In this document: positions 11,417-24,338 of the stretch, in pieces | How the letters are laid out: each line of letters opens with the position of its first letter | How positions within the stretch are numbered: position 1 is the stretch's first letter | Origin: Lingula anatina | Lineage: Eukaryota; Animalia; Brachiopoda | Assembly: GCA_051362555.1 (NCBI GenBank) | Contig: CM120640.1 | Span: 68,922,788 to 68,986,787 of the forward strand | DNA length: 64,000 bases | Direction of reading: 5' to 3' | Position numbers and translations under genes: made by a program | Notes under the pieces: model-generated | The model's database searches: none | Seen by the model: the letters and a program-made list of their open reading frames with translations, nothing else | What the model was told of the DNA's origin: nothing

Positions 11417-14400
11417 TGTAAATATACTAAAAAGTCCTATTCCACAAGTCCAGTTGCTTGACTAGACCAGAGCATGGGAGTGCGAATGTATTTCTTGAAC
11501 GAGTCCGAATTCCAACGACCAAGCTGTCTTATCTTAGCATCTGATAGGTTGTTCTGCACGGCCAGGGAAGCAGCTCCTATTCTGAAACTGTGTCCTTTGA
11601 AGCGGGAAGGGTTCAAGTGGCAGAACCGAAGATCCCTCTCCAGCTGTTTGTTGAAGAAATCCCGATGAATGGGTGTGGCATTCAGGTGACAAAAAAGTGG
11701 GCCTGGTGAATCCCCCCTCAGCTTGATGTATTGATCTAAGGCTTTTACCCCACATAAAGGATTATTTTTAGGGCCAATAACTATGGAAAATGGGGAGCCT
11801 TTAATGTTATGCTTGTAATGGGAAATTACCAGTTCGACTGCCTGCTCCCCTTCATGGTTGCAAAAGAATTTTTAATATTCCCGGGAGAGGGAGTGGTTGG
11901 GGCCCCCCGTTCCCCTAGCTGTCATCTCGCCTATACAGAAAAACCCGTGGAAAGCTGTAAGGTACATTGCTTTAAAGATTGACATGGTGTAGGAGTTGGA
12001 AAGAGTGAGCTCGACTGCCCTAACTAGTTTGTGAAGTACTCTGACTGTGATGGGAAGTCTAGAATTGGAGGATGGGTTCAACTTGTGAACACCTATAAGT
12101 TGTTTTTTAACATTGAATGCGCTGGTGGGGTCAGAATGGCCAGCCAGTTTGTGAAAATAACTTAATTTCGAGATTTCAGACACAATTGTGTTGGGAGAGA
12201 GTTTTTAATCTCGAAGGTGGGAAATATACAAAAGTATATCGGCAATCGTGGCTAGGAAGCGGGGGGAAGGAAGACCTATTGTGGTCGTCTGAAATGAAGA
12301 GAAATTAAGGAAAGCTTTATCGTAAGCCTTTTTGGAAGATGGTTCCAGAGCCGCGTCCACAAGTTCCTTGGTAGACTCAAGTTTTGAGGTAGAAAATGTG
12401 CCAGGAGGGAAGTCGGAGTTCTGGACATGGCCGGAGCAGGTCGTCTGAATGATTGTGCCTGAAGACGTGATTGAGAATCTGCTAAGTTATTCTCGCAACC
12501 GAGAATGTGTTTTGACTTAAACAGGATGTTATTCTTGAGACAAGATAGGACAAAGTGTCGAACCAGGTGCATGATGTGGGGGTCCCTAGATGTCTGTTTG
12601 TTTATGATGTGGAACAAAGCTTCATTGTCAGTGAAGAGCATGACACACCTATTTCTTAACTCCGAGGCCCAGAGGTCGACTGCCGCTACAATGGGGTAAA
12701 ATTCTAGCAAAGTGATGGTGCAGTTTAGAAAATGTTTTGGCCAAGCCCCAAAAACCAACTGTCCCTAAAAATAGCTCCATATCCGAGGGAGGCTGCCGCA
12801 CCAGTGTTCAGTTTCAGAGCGGGTGAGGTAAGCCATTTGAAATCAAGAAGAAACAATTTCTCATTATAGACAGAAAGAAAGTGGGCCCAGGTCTCCAGGT
12901 CCAACTTGGCCTGCATAGACAGCCTGATGAAGTGGTGGGGTTTTCTGATACCAATCGTTAGGTCAATTAGTCTGCGAAGAAAAGCCCTGCCAGGCAGGAC
13001 TAGTGAGCAAGTGAAATTCAAGAGCCCAATGAGCGACTGCAGTTGCTGTAATGTAACTTTAGATCTACCCAGGAACTTGGTTATGAGAGACCTGCATTTT
13101 GAGACCTTGTCCTCTAGAAGTATGGCTTCCATCAATTCAGTATCTAGTTCAATACCGGTGAAAGGTAGGACTCTGGTAGGGCCAAGCGTCTTCTCACTCA
13201 CAATAGGAACACCTAAATCGTTACAGAGCGCCAAGAAATTGTGGAGGTCCTGCTGACATTTTTCTAGGGTGGGGGCTACGAACAGAAAGTCGTCAATAAT
13301 GCAAACCATAGAGTGGGCCTTGACTTTTTCTCCGCAATCCGTTGGAGGGAGGTACTGAACATTTCAAATATTCTACAGGAGGAGGAGCAGCCCATTGGCA
13401 GGCGCGTGTCAAAATAAAACTTATCATTCCATATAAACCCTAACAGGTGTTGATCGTCGGGGTGAACCATAAGAATTCTGAAAGCAGATTCCACATCAGT
13501 CTTGCCATCCAAGAGGATCTTCCCGACATATTGATGAGTTCTATTGTATTCTCAATGGTAATTTACAGAGGAGAATTCTCTATCAATGCCATCGTTAACT
13601 AACTGACTGACCTGAAGAGAGATCGTGAATGAGCCTAAACTTGCCTGGATCTTTCTTTGGGTGAAGGCCAATGGGCAATATGGCTAAATGTGAGAATGGT
13701 TTCGAATTAAAAAGACCAGCCAACCTGCCTAGTTCTAATTCAGATGACAACTTTTGATCTACAACTTCGGGCCTATCCAGAGCTGACTTGTGATTATGGG
13801 CAGAAGATGGGGATTAAGAGCCATTGTGACCTAGTTTGAAACCAATCGTAAAACCCGATACTGGTTGCTTTCTTAATTCGGAAGGATAGCGGGAAAGGTA
13901 CTTATTGAGTTTGCTGGGATCTACTGGTGTTTTGAGAACCCTGGGAGGTAGATGGTGTGTTTCTGTTAGCCCGTGCGGGGTACGTGGGGTGGGCAGGTGG
14001 TCTATTCTCTGAGTGGGGACACTGGGAAGCTGGGTGGATCCCCCCTGAACAATGGAAACATTTGTGGTCATACCAGCAATCCCCCCTACAGTGGTTTCCG
14101 GAATGAAATTTGTAGCAGACCCCCGCAGGGAATTTACGAAATGGCTGTCTCGGTTTGAATGTTCCCCTTGGGCGAAAATGTTGGTTACTGTTGCTTGGGC
14201 GGGAGTTAAGTAGAGCCCTATTCCAAAGGTCCCAATTAGTGTCTTCCCATGGGTCGCCAGACCTCTCTTTGTTAGCCGTGAAGTTGCGGTCGTAAGCCAA
14301 CCAGTCCCCCCATAGCCCTGCTAAGACCCTAATGTCTTCAGTATACTTGAGTAAATTGGGAGCCTCATGGGGGTGTTTGAGAGTATACACAGACATGAAG

Positions 14401-15270
14401 GTGTGAGGCCATTGTCCATTGGGACATAGAGATGATCTGGGGCCTTTTACCCTGAGAAACTGCAAGTGTGAGCTTACCATGGTGGTTTTCCATGGCCAGT
14501 GGGAGGGAGTCGCCAGGTTGAGACAACTGAGTTGACTGGTCCTGGAGGAGTAGTGACAATTCTGTAAACTCGTTCCCCCAAATTTCAGTCTTTTAATTTG
14601 TCATCGACCAGGGCATGAAGGGGAATAGATTTTGTGGATTACCTGCTTGAAGTTTGGGGAGGTACTATACCTGTGTCCGCTGAAGAAGCCGTAGATGGAG
14701 GAACAGACTCGGGTACAGTGTGTTGGCCTGACTGGGCTGGCACCGAGTTGGCTGCTAGCGTGGACATGGCTTGCGACATCTCTTTGAGAATGTTGAAAAT
14801 AGTTTGGTTGTCCACGGGCGGGGTTGAAGGTGAACTCGCAGAAGTGGAGGGTGAAGAAGCGACCGCATTGGAGGGAGGTGTAGGTCTACGAAGAAGTTGC
14901 TTTCCTTTACCGCCTCGTGGACATTTGTCTGGTGCTGATGAGGGTCCCGCGTAAGAAGTGCTTGCAGAAGGAGGCGTTTTGTTTGCCCGGTGCTTGCTTG
15001 GAGTACTCTCGGGAGCTGTTGAACTTCTAGATCTCTTATGAGGCACTGAAAAGTGTAATGAAGACAGCAGCAGACAGATAAAATTTTTTGTAAATTTTTT
15101 GTAATTGAATTGTAATTTTGTTATTTGGAGGAGACGGGGAAGGTGGCGGGGATAAAAATCGTACAGTGGCGATTGTAATCCGTTGTCTGTTCTCTAGCGA
15201 ATGACGTGCTAAGAGTAGTGAGAGAAAGAATACTATCATTCGCTTCCTTAAATGCGACGGCGCGTACCTC
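10780..15270 (-). mobile_element. Near full-length but degenerate DIRS/Ngaro tyrosine-recombinase retrotransposon (boundaries approximate)
   Basis: Overlapping gag (15046-13902, Cys/His-rich C-terminus), RT (KFRLIHDLS, KTDVESAFR, LPMGCSSS, IIDDFL), RNase H (LEFYPIV, FTDNEA, NNLADSQSR) and YR (GHSFRIGAAS...LGRWNSDSFKKYIR, about 11470-12300). Several frameshifts. Confidence 0.9.
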
Positions 15271-16230
15271 GTGGAAACGCGTGACCTAGTTCATGCTGAT
15301 TGGGCCAGATGTCACGACCTAGTTACTGTGATTGGACGAAATGATTGGCCAATCACAACCAATTGCCAAAGATGTAGCGCTGAATCTGCTGCTTCATGGG
15401 AGTTTAAATGCAGCATTGAATCCGAGGCTCTATACAATTATGGCCAAAATTACATAGCGAATTAGGTTATAGACCGTCGCCATAAAACAACGTTTGACTC
15501 AGCTGCTAAACTTCCTTTTCTGCAGCTACAGTGTCCCATAGTCTGTATCTGAAACTGTTAAAACTGTTGATGAGATTTTTTTCTGTTTTCCTTAATGTGA
15601 TTGATAAAAGTATTACTAATGTTTTCATAGAAAGTGGGTTCCTAGAATTTACTGGTATGTGCAGGAGCAGCACATAGTCCTCGTAGGGGGGTAGTGGCAG
15701 TTTTTCTGAGCCACGTTTATCCATCAGCTAAGAAGGGAGTAAAGTTGGCATCTAAAGAAAGGATGTAAGCTAAATTCTGTCGCCAGTTTTTGTAAGACAT
15801 TATAGTTTCTTTTTTGGTGAGCTGCCACTGTTTTGGAGCTCTCACTGCAATCTTTATACGTGCGTACCCTTCTTGGTAGGGTGTGATCCACTTTCTACAG
15901 AACCAAAAATTACAGAAACATACGACATAAAAAAATTACACCTGTAAAACACAATTCGCTTTTTATTTGAGATAAGTATACACGATTAATAGAATCTTTT
16001 TATATACTATATTCTGTGTGAAAGTCTTATTTCCACACTTGTCCTGAATTGAAGATGTTGTGACTTAAACAAAAATGTTCTAGAATGACCTGGCTCTAGA
16101 GAATGCCACATAGAGTTGACCATGAGAAAAGACACTATTGGGTAGGTAAATACCAAGTTTGTGGAAGATCTGTCCCTGGGATTTATTGATAAGTCATGGA
16201 GTAAGTTAGACGAATAGGGAACTACTCTCT

Positions 16231-16460
16231 CTAGTGTAAATGGTTTTTATCAATCTTGCCAGACAAGCTTGCTGAGGGTTGGAAAAAGGTGATCCTCATA
16301 GACAGAGATTTACATCCATAATTTAAATTGTACACTGCTGTACCAAGCACATCCCAAAAATATGTGAAATGTTCATAGTTCTGAAATCCAATATAATACA
16401 AAGTGGCATCTGGATTGTTGACAAACTGCTGCACTGAATACTTGCTTTCTGCATCTATCA
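16231..16460 (-). pseudogene. Harbinger/ISL2EU-like transposase fragment
   Basis: YYIGFQNYEHFTYFWDVLG resembles the segment preceding the HTH in Harbinger-type DDE transposases. Confidence 0.5.
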
Positions 16461-16463
16461 AAA

Positions 16464-17294
16464 TCAGGCCTACCCAACTACCAGACTCGGCACCTACGGA
16501 TCCAGAATAAACCGGTATATCAGACCACACTACCCGTTTTCAAGGTGTGTGTCAGATCTCATTACAGAGTATCATACCCCATCACAAATTTTGTAAGCCT
16601 ACCTGTCATCCGGGTATCGCGCATAGTTTTCGTCAAGTAGGAGTCGTATGAATACAACACCATGGCGACAGACGACTCCCTCAATCAGGGGGTGGAAACG
16701 CGCTACTTTTATGATTAAGTCAATAACGGTTATTGTTTTGTGACCTTGAGGAACAATTAGGTTTGGTCGTTGTGGCACGCATGAACAGTAGTTGAACTAC
16801 CACACCTGGGTCTTTTGTTTTTGACACCTGTTCACTCGTCATCGAGGCGCTTGTTCTAGACTACAGGCTGATATCTACTAGTACTACCAGTGGCTTCATT
16901 AGTAACGTTTCCACAATACTTAGTTTTTTATCTGTGCGTACATACCCTGAAAAAGGCCAGCCTCGCTGACAAGAACAATGGACGTTTCTCACCCCTCTCT
17001 AGGATTACCCCTGCCCTCAATCTCGTCCATCCCGGTTATGATGAAAATTGCGGTATTGTCAGATTTTAGCATAAACAGGGAAAATTGCAGCAGCGATTGA
17101 ATCTAGATGAGATGCACTACTTTCCAACCCCGCTTAGGATCATTGCTATCACATCGCGCACCAGGCAAAATCGGTGTGGTGGCTGATACTCTGTAATGCG
17201 ATCTGACACACACCTTGAAAATGGGTAGTGTGGTCTGATAAACCGGTTTATTCTGGATCCGTAGGTGCAGAGTCTGGTAGTTGGGTAGGCCTGA
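16464..17294. mobile_element. MITE with >110-bp TIRs and 3-bp TSD (aaa)
   Basis: tcaggcctacccaactaccagactcggcacc... and its reverse complement ...gagtctggtagttgggtaggcctga. Related element at 60435-60754. Confidence 0.9.
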
Positions 17295-17589
17295 AAATGC
17301 TGCACTGCACCCCAGGCTGCATAGGTTCCTCCAGCTTCACCAAACACTCCACCTCCACTGCATCACTGCACTCTTCTGGCTCCGTCACAATGACTTCTTC
17401 ATTACCAATTTCTGGCACAGGTACATTCTCCAGTTGTAGTTCTGAGGGCTTCTGGGCTCTTTCAGTACTACGTGTAGTAGTGACTGCTGGACCCCTATAG
17501 ATGTCCTATAGATGGATGCTTTCACTCACAATTGCTCACTTACACTCACTTACACAAGTAAACCTTTCACTCTCACGATCAATCAGTTG

Positions 17590-17905
17590 ATAGTTTTTCT
17601 TCCTTGGGCACCTTGGAAGTATGTCTTAAAAATGATTTGCCAAGTTTAATACCCTCAATATAACGTTCCTTGACACCGCGAAACCACTCCTCACTCTCGT
17701 CCAACTGGTCATACTCCAGTTCCACGTGATACGCGTCATGCATTGCCTCGAAATGTTGAAACGTCCTTGAGTTTGTCCATTACAATTTTAACTGCACATG
17801 CCCTTGCCTTCTCATTCGCGACTGCTCTTTTAACATGTCCTTTGGCCTTTGTGACAGCACCCTTTCTGGCCCAACTCACATGGATCAATTCCTCTGAAGC
17901 CATTT
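17590..17905 (-). pseudogene. BEL/Pao gag N-terminal-like fragment
   Basis: RKGAVTKAKGHVKR, then a frameshift, then FEAMHDAYHVEL...EEWF...YIE. Confidence 0.4.
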
Positions 17906-18594
17906 TAATGTCTAAACAGGTGTCTTTCTAGTCCAATTTTGTCATTGTTATTTCACTGTAGCGAATGTCAACACAGAATTCCCGGTGGAGTAATAAACAT
18001 TTATTTATACTCATCTAGAAACAATATGGCGACGGTGAACTGAAATATAATTGAAACAAATCAAACAAATGAAAGTAAAAGAATAAACAAATATCAAATT
18101 TGAACTTAATACAAATATCACAATGAAAAAATTATAATAAAACACATACATTAAATAACTAAAAATACATAACAATGGTGCCACGTCCTCATGGTCTACA
18201 GGACTGTCCTCCATCTTCTTTGCTGATTCCTCGTGGCAGGTATTGCCTTCCTGCTCTGCCACTTCACAGAAGGCTGTCTTCTTCAGTTGCTCATTTACCA
18301 GTTCTTTGCCTGTTTGTATGCATCTTTTTTGGTGTCTTCACGTTTGAGGCATTGCTCCTTCTGTGTAGACTTGACTTGGACTGTCACATTATGTGGGAAA
18401 ATTGAGGGACAATAACCTGGATGCTCTGGATCTCTTACTCTGCCCACTATAGGAAGACAGTCATTTTGAGTAATTCTTTTAAAATAAAAACCATAAGAAT
18501 TGATAGATTATTCAATAAAAATCTTATGTTTGCAAGGAAGCACATATATATCAAAAATTACTAAAGATATTGAACTCGTTGATTTCTTATTGTA

Positions 18595-18820
18595 CCTGTG
18601 ACAAAATTGGCTGAACACACATATACAAATTTTGAGCTAGGGGTCCACATCTTGTTTATGTCAAAACTCCCATCTGGATTAACATATTTTATAAGCAGGA
18701 TTGATTGCTCATGGCCATTCGAGTCATGCTGATAATGTGGGCAGCTGACAAAATTTTTTTCTCTGGATTTTTACAACTGTTAGCTTGTACAGCCAGACAC
18801 ACAACATCCTTTTACCATTT
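18595..18820 (-). pseudogene. Degenerate THAP zinc-finger exon (transposase-derived)
   Basis: MVKGCCVSGC...MWTPSSKFVYVCSANFVTG followed by a gt donor; internal stops. Confidence 0.55.
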
Positions 18821-20199
18821 CCAGAATTCCTGTGATCATGTACCACTTGCATTTGTCATTTAAGAAACAAGCTTTAAAGCACCTTCCTGTTACTGTCAGC
18901 TTGAAAACGCATCGCATGGTGTTGTTATCATCATCACCCTGGCCGGCTCTGACAAACACTCCCAACAAGTCTGTCGTCTCTGCAAAAAGGTCAGTTATTT
19001 GTATAGAGATATCTGCTCTTGATCGAGGTCTTTGATCTGTTGTTAGCCATTATTGTAATTCTCTATACTAGCCTACTATAGTACAACACCCGTCAACTCT
19101 CCTCAATCTGTCAATCGCAAGCACTTGTCAGTGTCAGAATTTCGCGGTATTGACTGTGACGTCGGCGCAAGGGTAGCCAAGACCATTGACATGAGTGCCA
19201 TCTAGCGTCAAATCGAATTATCGCTTCTAGTTGCGTTTTCTAGACTAGTCATATTTTGCCGCATTTTAGAAATGTCTCGTTTAGTTCTTAAGTATTGCTG
19301 TCTGATCTGATAACTACAACGTCTAATTGTGTTTTTAATTTTTGTATAAACTGCCGCCCATACCATGCTAGTTCTGATGACAGAGTAATCAAGTAATAGG
19401 AAAGATCTATTTATGTGTTCATGAAAAGAGAGGAGCTAGTTTGCTGTCAAGGTTGTGACAGGGTTGTGTTTGAATAAATCTTCCAGTATTCATCCTTTAC
19501 ATTTTTCTTTCCTTTACACTGAACTACTAAATGTGAATTTTTCTGGAGAAGTGAGAGAAGGCTCTCCCTATTCTCAGTGACATTGAACTCCTTGTAGTAA
19601 ACCGTTAATTAGTGCTGATAACATAAATTTGAATACATATCATTTACATATCCAAATGGATCTTAGCATGACAGTTTGCTTGTGGTGAACTATTAATAGT
19701 ATTGAGAGCTAATTTCCATAAATGTGATCTACATATTAGTTAATGCAAATTGTACCCACAATTATATTTTAAGGTCCTGAGGCATGGCATGTCGCATGTC
19801 AGTCCTAGAAGTTAATCTAAAATGTAAATTAAGTTCATGTATAAAAGTAGAGAGAGTGAGAGAGTGAGGGATAGATACCACAGAGAGAGATGGTAGAAGA
19901 GACCTGAGTCTTCAGTCGGTTGAATAAATCATGTAGCAGAAAACTATTCCTGCCTGTCTCAGTGGACTTATTGGTGAAAAAGTAACTCTAAGAACAAGTG
20001 TATAACCACTGGCTGGTTATTACATCCTGTGCCTCTGATTGGCTGATCATACAGAGGCCAAGTGGCACTGTGAAACCATATGACTGTGGAGTCAATTTGT
20101 CTGATAGTGCTTGCGTATTTAGCCAAAATAAACCATAAAGTGCAAACATTCACCCTGCTACGCAATTACAGGTTCCTCCAAGGACCTTGCCGTTGACAT

Positions 20200-21760
20200 C
20201 CAGGCATACGGCAACATTGTAGATAATGCGCTTCATTGATGCCATGACTTTACACTTCCCCATAAACAATTCTGGTGACACAGAGTGGTCCACTAAAGCT
20301 GTTGTGTAGATTTTCTGCACATATCCATCTTGAAAATACCGTTAAGCTTTCAGACTTTTGAATGCCCGCACAGATTTCTTATCGTATGTCCTATCCTTGC
20401 TGTCTGTAAGATACGTTTTCAGTTCTTTCATGGAAAAGTCATCAGGTACGTCTGTTAAATTTCTATTCCAAGTACTCGCATGGATGTGTTTTCGAAAAAA
20501 TTCAGATCGAAACAAGCACTCGTCGATATGGCGTCCGTTGTGTAAGCTCCATACTTGCCCCTTTCAACTTCAAATCCTGCAAAATCTCGCATTCTCACGA
20601 AGAATTTAGCAGAAGTCACGTGACCGTGGAAACACTATTGGGTTTTTCATTAGTGAATTTTGATGAATAAATTGAAAAAAAAATGTCAAAGCTCTGGTTC
20701 CATGGGTAAATACTTCTGTGGAATTTTGCTTTTGGCTGAGAGATAATATTTCCATCTTTTTCTGTTGAAAGTTTTAAGGTTGTGCTCTGATCCGGGTATA
20801 AAAGATGTGCAAATTCCACAAATTCATTGTTAAAGATTTTTGCCTAGTTTTTTCATCCTCATGAAATCCCGAGGGCATAGTTGTATAAAGGTTTGTATCT
20901 GTCGTAGCTGTCATATCTGCACTTAGCTGTTTATCCTTGGAGGAACTTGGACTTGGTGGGGTGTTTGTAGGCGTCTCTGTTGTATTACTGGGGATATTTT
21001 GTTCTGCAGCTATCAGTCTTTGTTCCACTTTGTCTGCTAATTTATTGTAATCGATGGCTGCACTGTAGTGCACTTTTTTTGTCTGTTGATTAATCTGGAC
21101 AATTACCTGTCACTGTCAGCTTGGCCCTGCTAGTTCTGATGACATACAGACATAATAAGAGTGCACAATTGAGGCACCAATTGAGGCACTGATCGTATCG
21201 TTCAAGTAATAGGTAAGATCTGTTTCTGCCAGCTAAATCACCTGTAATGGTCTTCTGATAGGGAGAAATCCAGGCAAGTCCCATTCAAATGCTGTCAATG
21301 GGAGGTCTCCGCCAATTTCCCAAACACAGGCGGTCTACATACCTCAGTATTTTGCAGTTCAGAGTCAATTTCACTCAACATTGTGTCTGGATTGGCAAAT
21401 TCCTCCTCCCCTGAACTGTCACTCAACTGCCCCTCTTCCTCCACCCATGTGGAAGAGTCCCCAGTTGACATTGATGGCTCCATTTGGGAAACTTTTTCTT
21501 TCAAATCCCTTACCTTTTAGGCAAGGGGTCCCACGGCGGCGCTTCCCAACGCCTGTAATGTATCCATAGACTGATCAGTCCCACGTGCCTTTTGTTGTTT
21601 CCCTTTGTTGCTGCTTTTGTGTTTCTCCATACGTGCGTCCTTTTTCACTGTTTTTTCCCCACCATCTTGGCCTCGTTTGTCCTCCTCTAGCTCCTCCGCT
21701 GCTAAAATTTTGTCCATTCCTTTCATTAAGTTTTCAGCTACATGTTGCATGCTCACATTT
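20200..21760 (-). pseudogene. Further DIRS-like gag remnants
   Basis: GFHEDEKTRQK / EFAHLLYPD...WNQSFDIFFSIY, plus an acidic EEGQLSDSS...PPVFGKLAE stretch; frameshifted. Confidence 0.5.
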
Positions 21761-22550
21761 TTTACTGGTTTTGTAAAGAGGCCCAGAAGTACACACTGTC
21801 TGTTAATTTCTCAAAATTACTTACCATCCTTTCTAAATATGTTAAAGGAAACTATTAATTTCGTAAAACTTTCCTGCATATTATTTAACTTTCGAATCAA
21901 ACCATTTATTCTGTTGAAAATGCTCTCTTTCAGGTAATGTTGAATAGAGTTTATGTTGCATACTTGTGTTCATAGTGTTTATCCTTTTATTTACTACAGA
22001 GGCAAAAATTTTACCCTATGAGCGATCTCCCATTTCTCCTTCCTTGTTTCCGTAACTAACTTCTACATTGCTCCATTATCAGTACTTCTCAGATGAAATA
22101 GAAGAGCCCGCATTTAGACAGAGACAGCTGGCCAAAACTGTCTCAATCCACCTTACCAGCGACTACTGGCAATGTAAGCAAGGCTGTCTGAAAACTACCT
22201 ATCAGTCTTTGTTTCCATTGTTCCTTTGCCGCAGTGTTTATGAATCAACCTCTGCACACCCAAGTCATCTCCATTATTACTTCACCCAATTTTGCGGCAG
22301 TGGTCTCCATACACCAGATCATTAACATCTGCGGCTAGCACAATCATGTAATCTGCGATTGGCCAAATGTGGGATATTTCACATTGCAATCTTTTATTTC
22401 TATTGCCTTTTTTTCCATACTTTCACAACGTAATCTCTAATTCTATGTACTATATGTTACCAGGTATGATCAACTGAACTCTGTGGCTGGTTCAAAGTTT
22501 ATTTCAAATTCTAAACCAATAAAATATAAAAACAAAACCCTAAAAAATGT

Positions 22551-22575
22551 ACACACACACACACACACACACACA
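22551..22575 (+). repeat. (CA)n microsatellite, left flank of YR element 1
   Basis: Direct reading. Confidence 0.95.
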
Positions 22576-23689
22576 GTTGTGTGCACCTTTGTGATGAGTT
22601 TTCCTTGTGATGAACTCTTATCGGATCAGCATTGACTTGTGAGTAGTCAAAATATGCTCATCACAAGTCAATGTTGCCTTATTAGGTGTGTGCTTCAGTT
22701 GTGTGCACCTTTGTGATGAGTTTTCCTTGTGATGAACTCTCATCGGATCAGCATTGACTTGTGAGTAATCAAGAAATTATGCTTATCACAATATCCTTAA
22801 AGGAGCTAGTTCACAGACGAGTGGTAAAATTTCCGAAAATTTTGAATCCAGATTTAATAATGTCTTAGGATGTATGTAGGGTTACACGCCAATAAACTAG
22901 GATATCCCGCAAGCGGTCGCTGCGATCAGAAGAGTGGGATTCCGTCGCCGGAGGTGGCACATGGCCCGCCGCACTACCACGTTTTGATTTTACATCTATG
23001 TTGTTCCGTGCTAGTTATATGTCATTTTAACATCTATTTGACATAGGCGGGTGTCATGCATGAGGCAGGGTATGTTTACTCTATCCGGAGCACCTAGTAC
23101 CGCTTCCTAATTGGATATTTTACATCTGTCCATTTCATTATTTGGGAAGTCCTCTTAATTATTGCACGTAGATTTTTAACCTCAGGAGGAACTTATATTT
23201 ACAATGCATACATAACTTATTTTCATTTATAGATATTTCAGGAAAGAGTAAAAATACCTCATGCATGACATAATACATAAATACACAACCCAAATATTAT
23301 ATGCAATCAAAACTGCTTTAATTACAATACTATCCTAAAGGAGCAGAAAAGAAATATCAAATATGATTGAATACCATCTTTATTAGGAATAAACAACTAT
23401 CAATTATCCAGATACATTAATTGATAATAAAATCATATTATTAACATTAATAGTAAAGTTTTAAATCCTTTTTACCAATATAGGGCCAAATTTAGTCCAA
23501 AATTAACTGAACAGATTCAAACACATTCCAATATCTTGCAAACAAATAAGTGTTCCATGTTTTAACAGATGTGAAGAAATACTTAATGCTGGCAACAAAT
23601 TAAAATATAAAGATTGACAAGTTTACATGGAATTCTCCCACACTTAATGACAATAACCTCTATACAGTATGGTAATAGGAAAATGATTA

Positions 23690-24050
23690 CCAATTAGAGA
23701 CCTGTCTTTTAATATCTCAATTTTCTAAAACTTCATAAAAATTATTTATCAGATTAAAACAATCCATAGAAAAAGATAATGTTCTAAATGAAAGTCAGCA
23801 TGGATTTACAGCAAACAGGTCAATTGATCTCTCACAAGCAGAACTGACCAAAGAAATCACAAATGCTATTGAAAATATTGAAAACATGTTAAAAAACATT
23901 CCATACAAAAGATCATAAACTTTTACTAGAAAACATGAATATTATGAGAAAAATAATGTGGAAAATCTTTGATTCCATTAAAGGTTATCTAAAGAAACGT
24001 TCCAACAGGTGAAAAACGACCTTGAAAATATACATGTCGAAACTCCTTAC
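23690..24050 (+). pseudogene. Degraded CR1/L2-type LINE reverse transcriptase fragment inside element 1
   Basis: Remnants resembling (N)xRPVS...QFSK and LNESQHGF...SIDL...ITNAIE; many stops. Confidence 0.5.
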
Positions 24051-24338
24051 AAATTAAAAACATGAATTACTGTTGTGATTCATGGCAAAATGCTTATAAA
24101 ACAAATTTAAGACCTTTGGTATTATTAAAAAAGCAGTAAGAATAATAACACAATAGTCTAAATGTGGAAAAAATTGAACCCACTTAAAAAAAATTAATTG
24201 AATACAACTAGATGTTATAGCATATAAACACTGGTATGTAATGTTTAAAGTATATTTAAAAAAACTACTTTCTCCAAAAATACAAGGCAACCAAATACCT
24301 GAAATAGGTGGATATATAGATATGCACACATTTCATTA

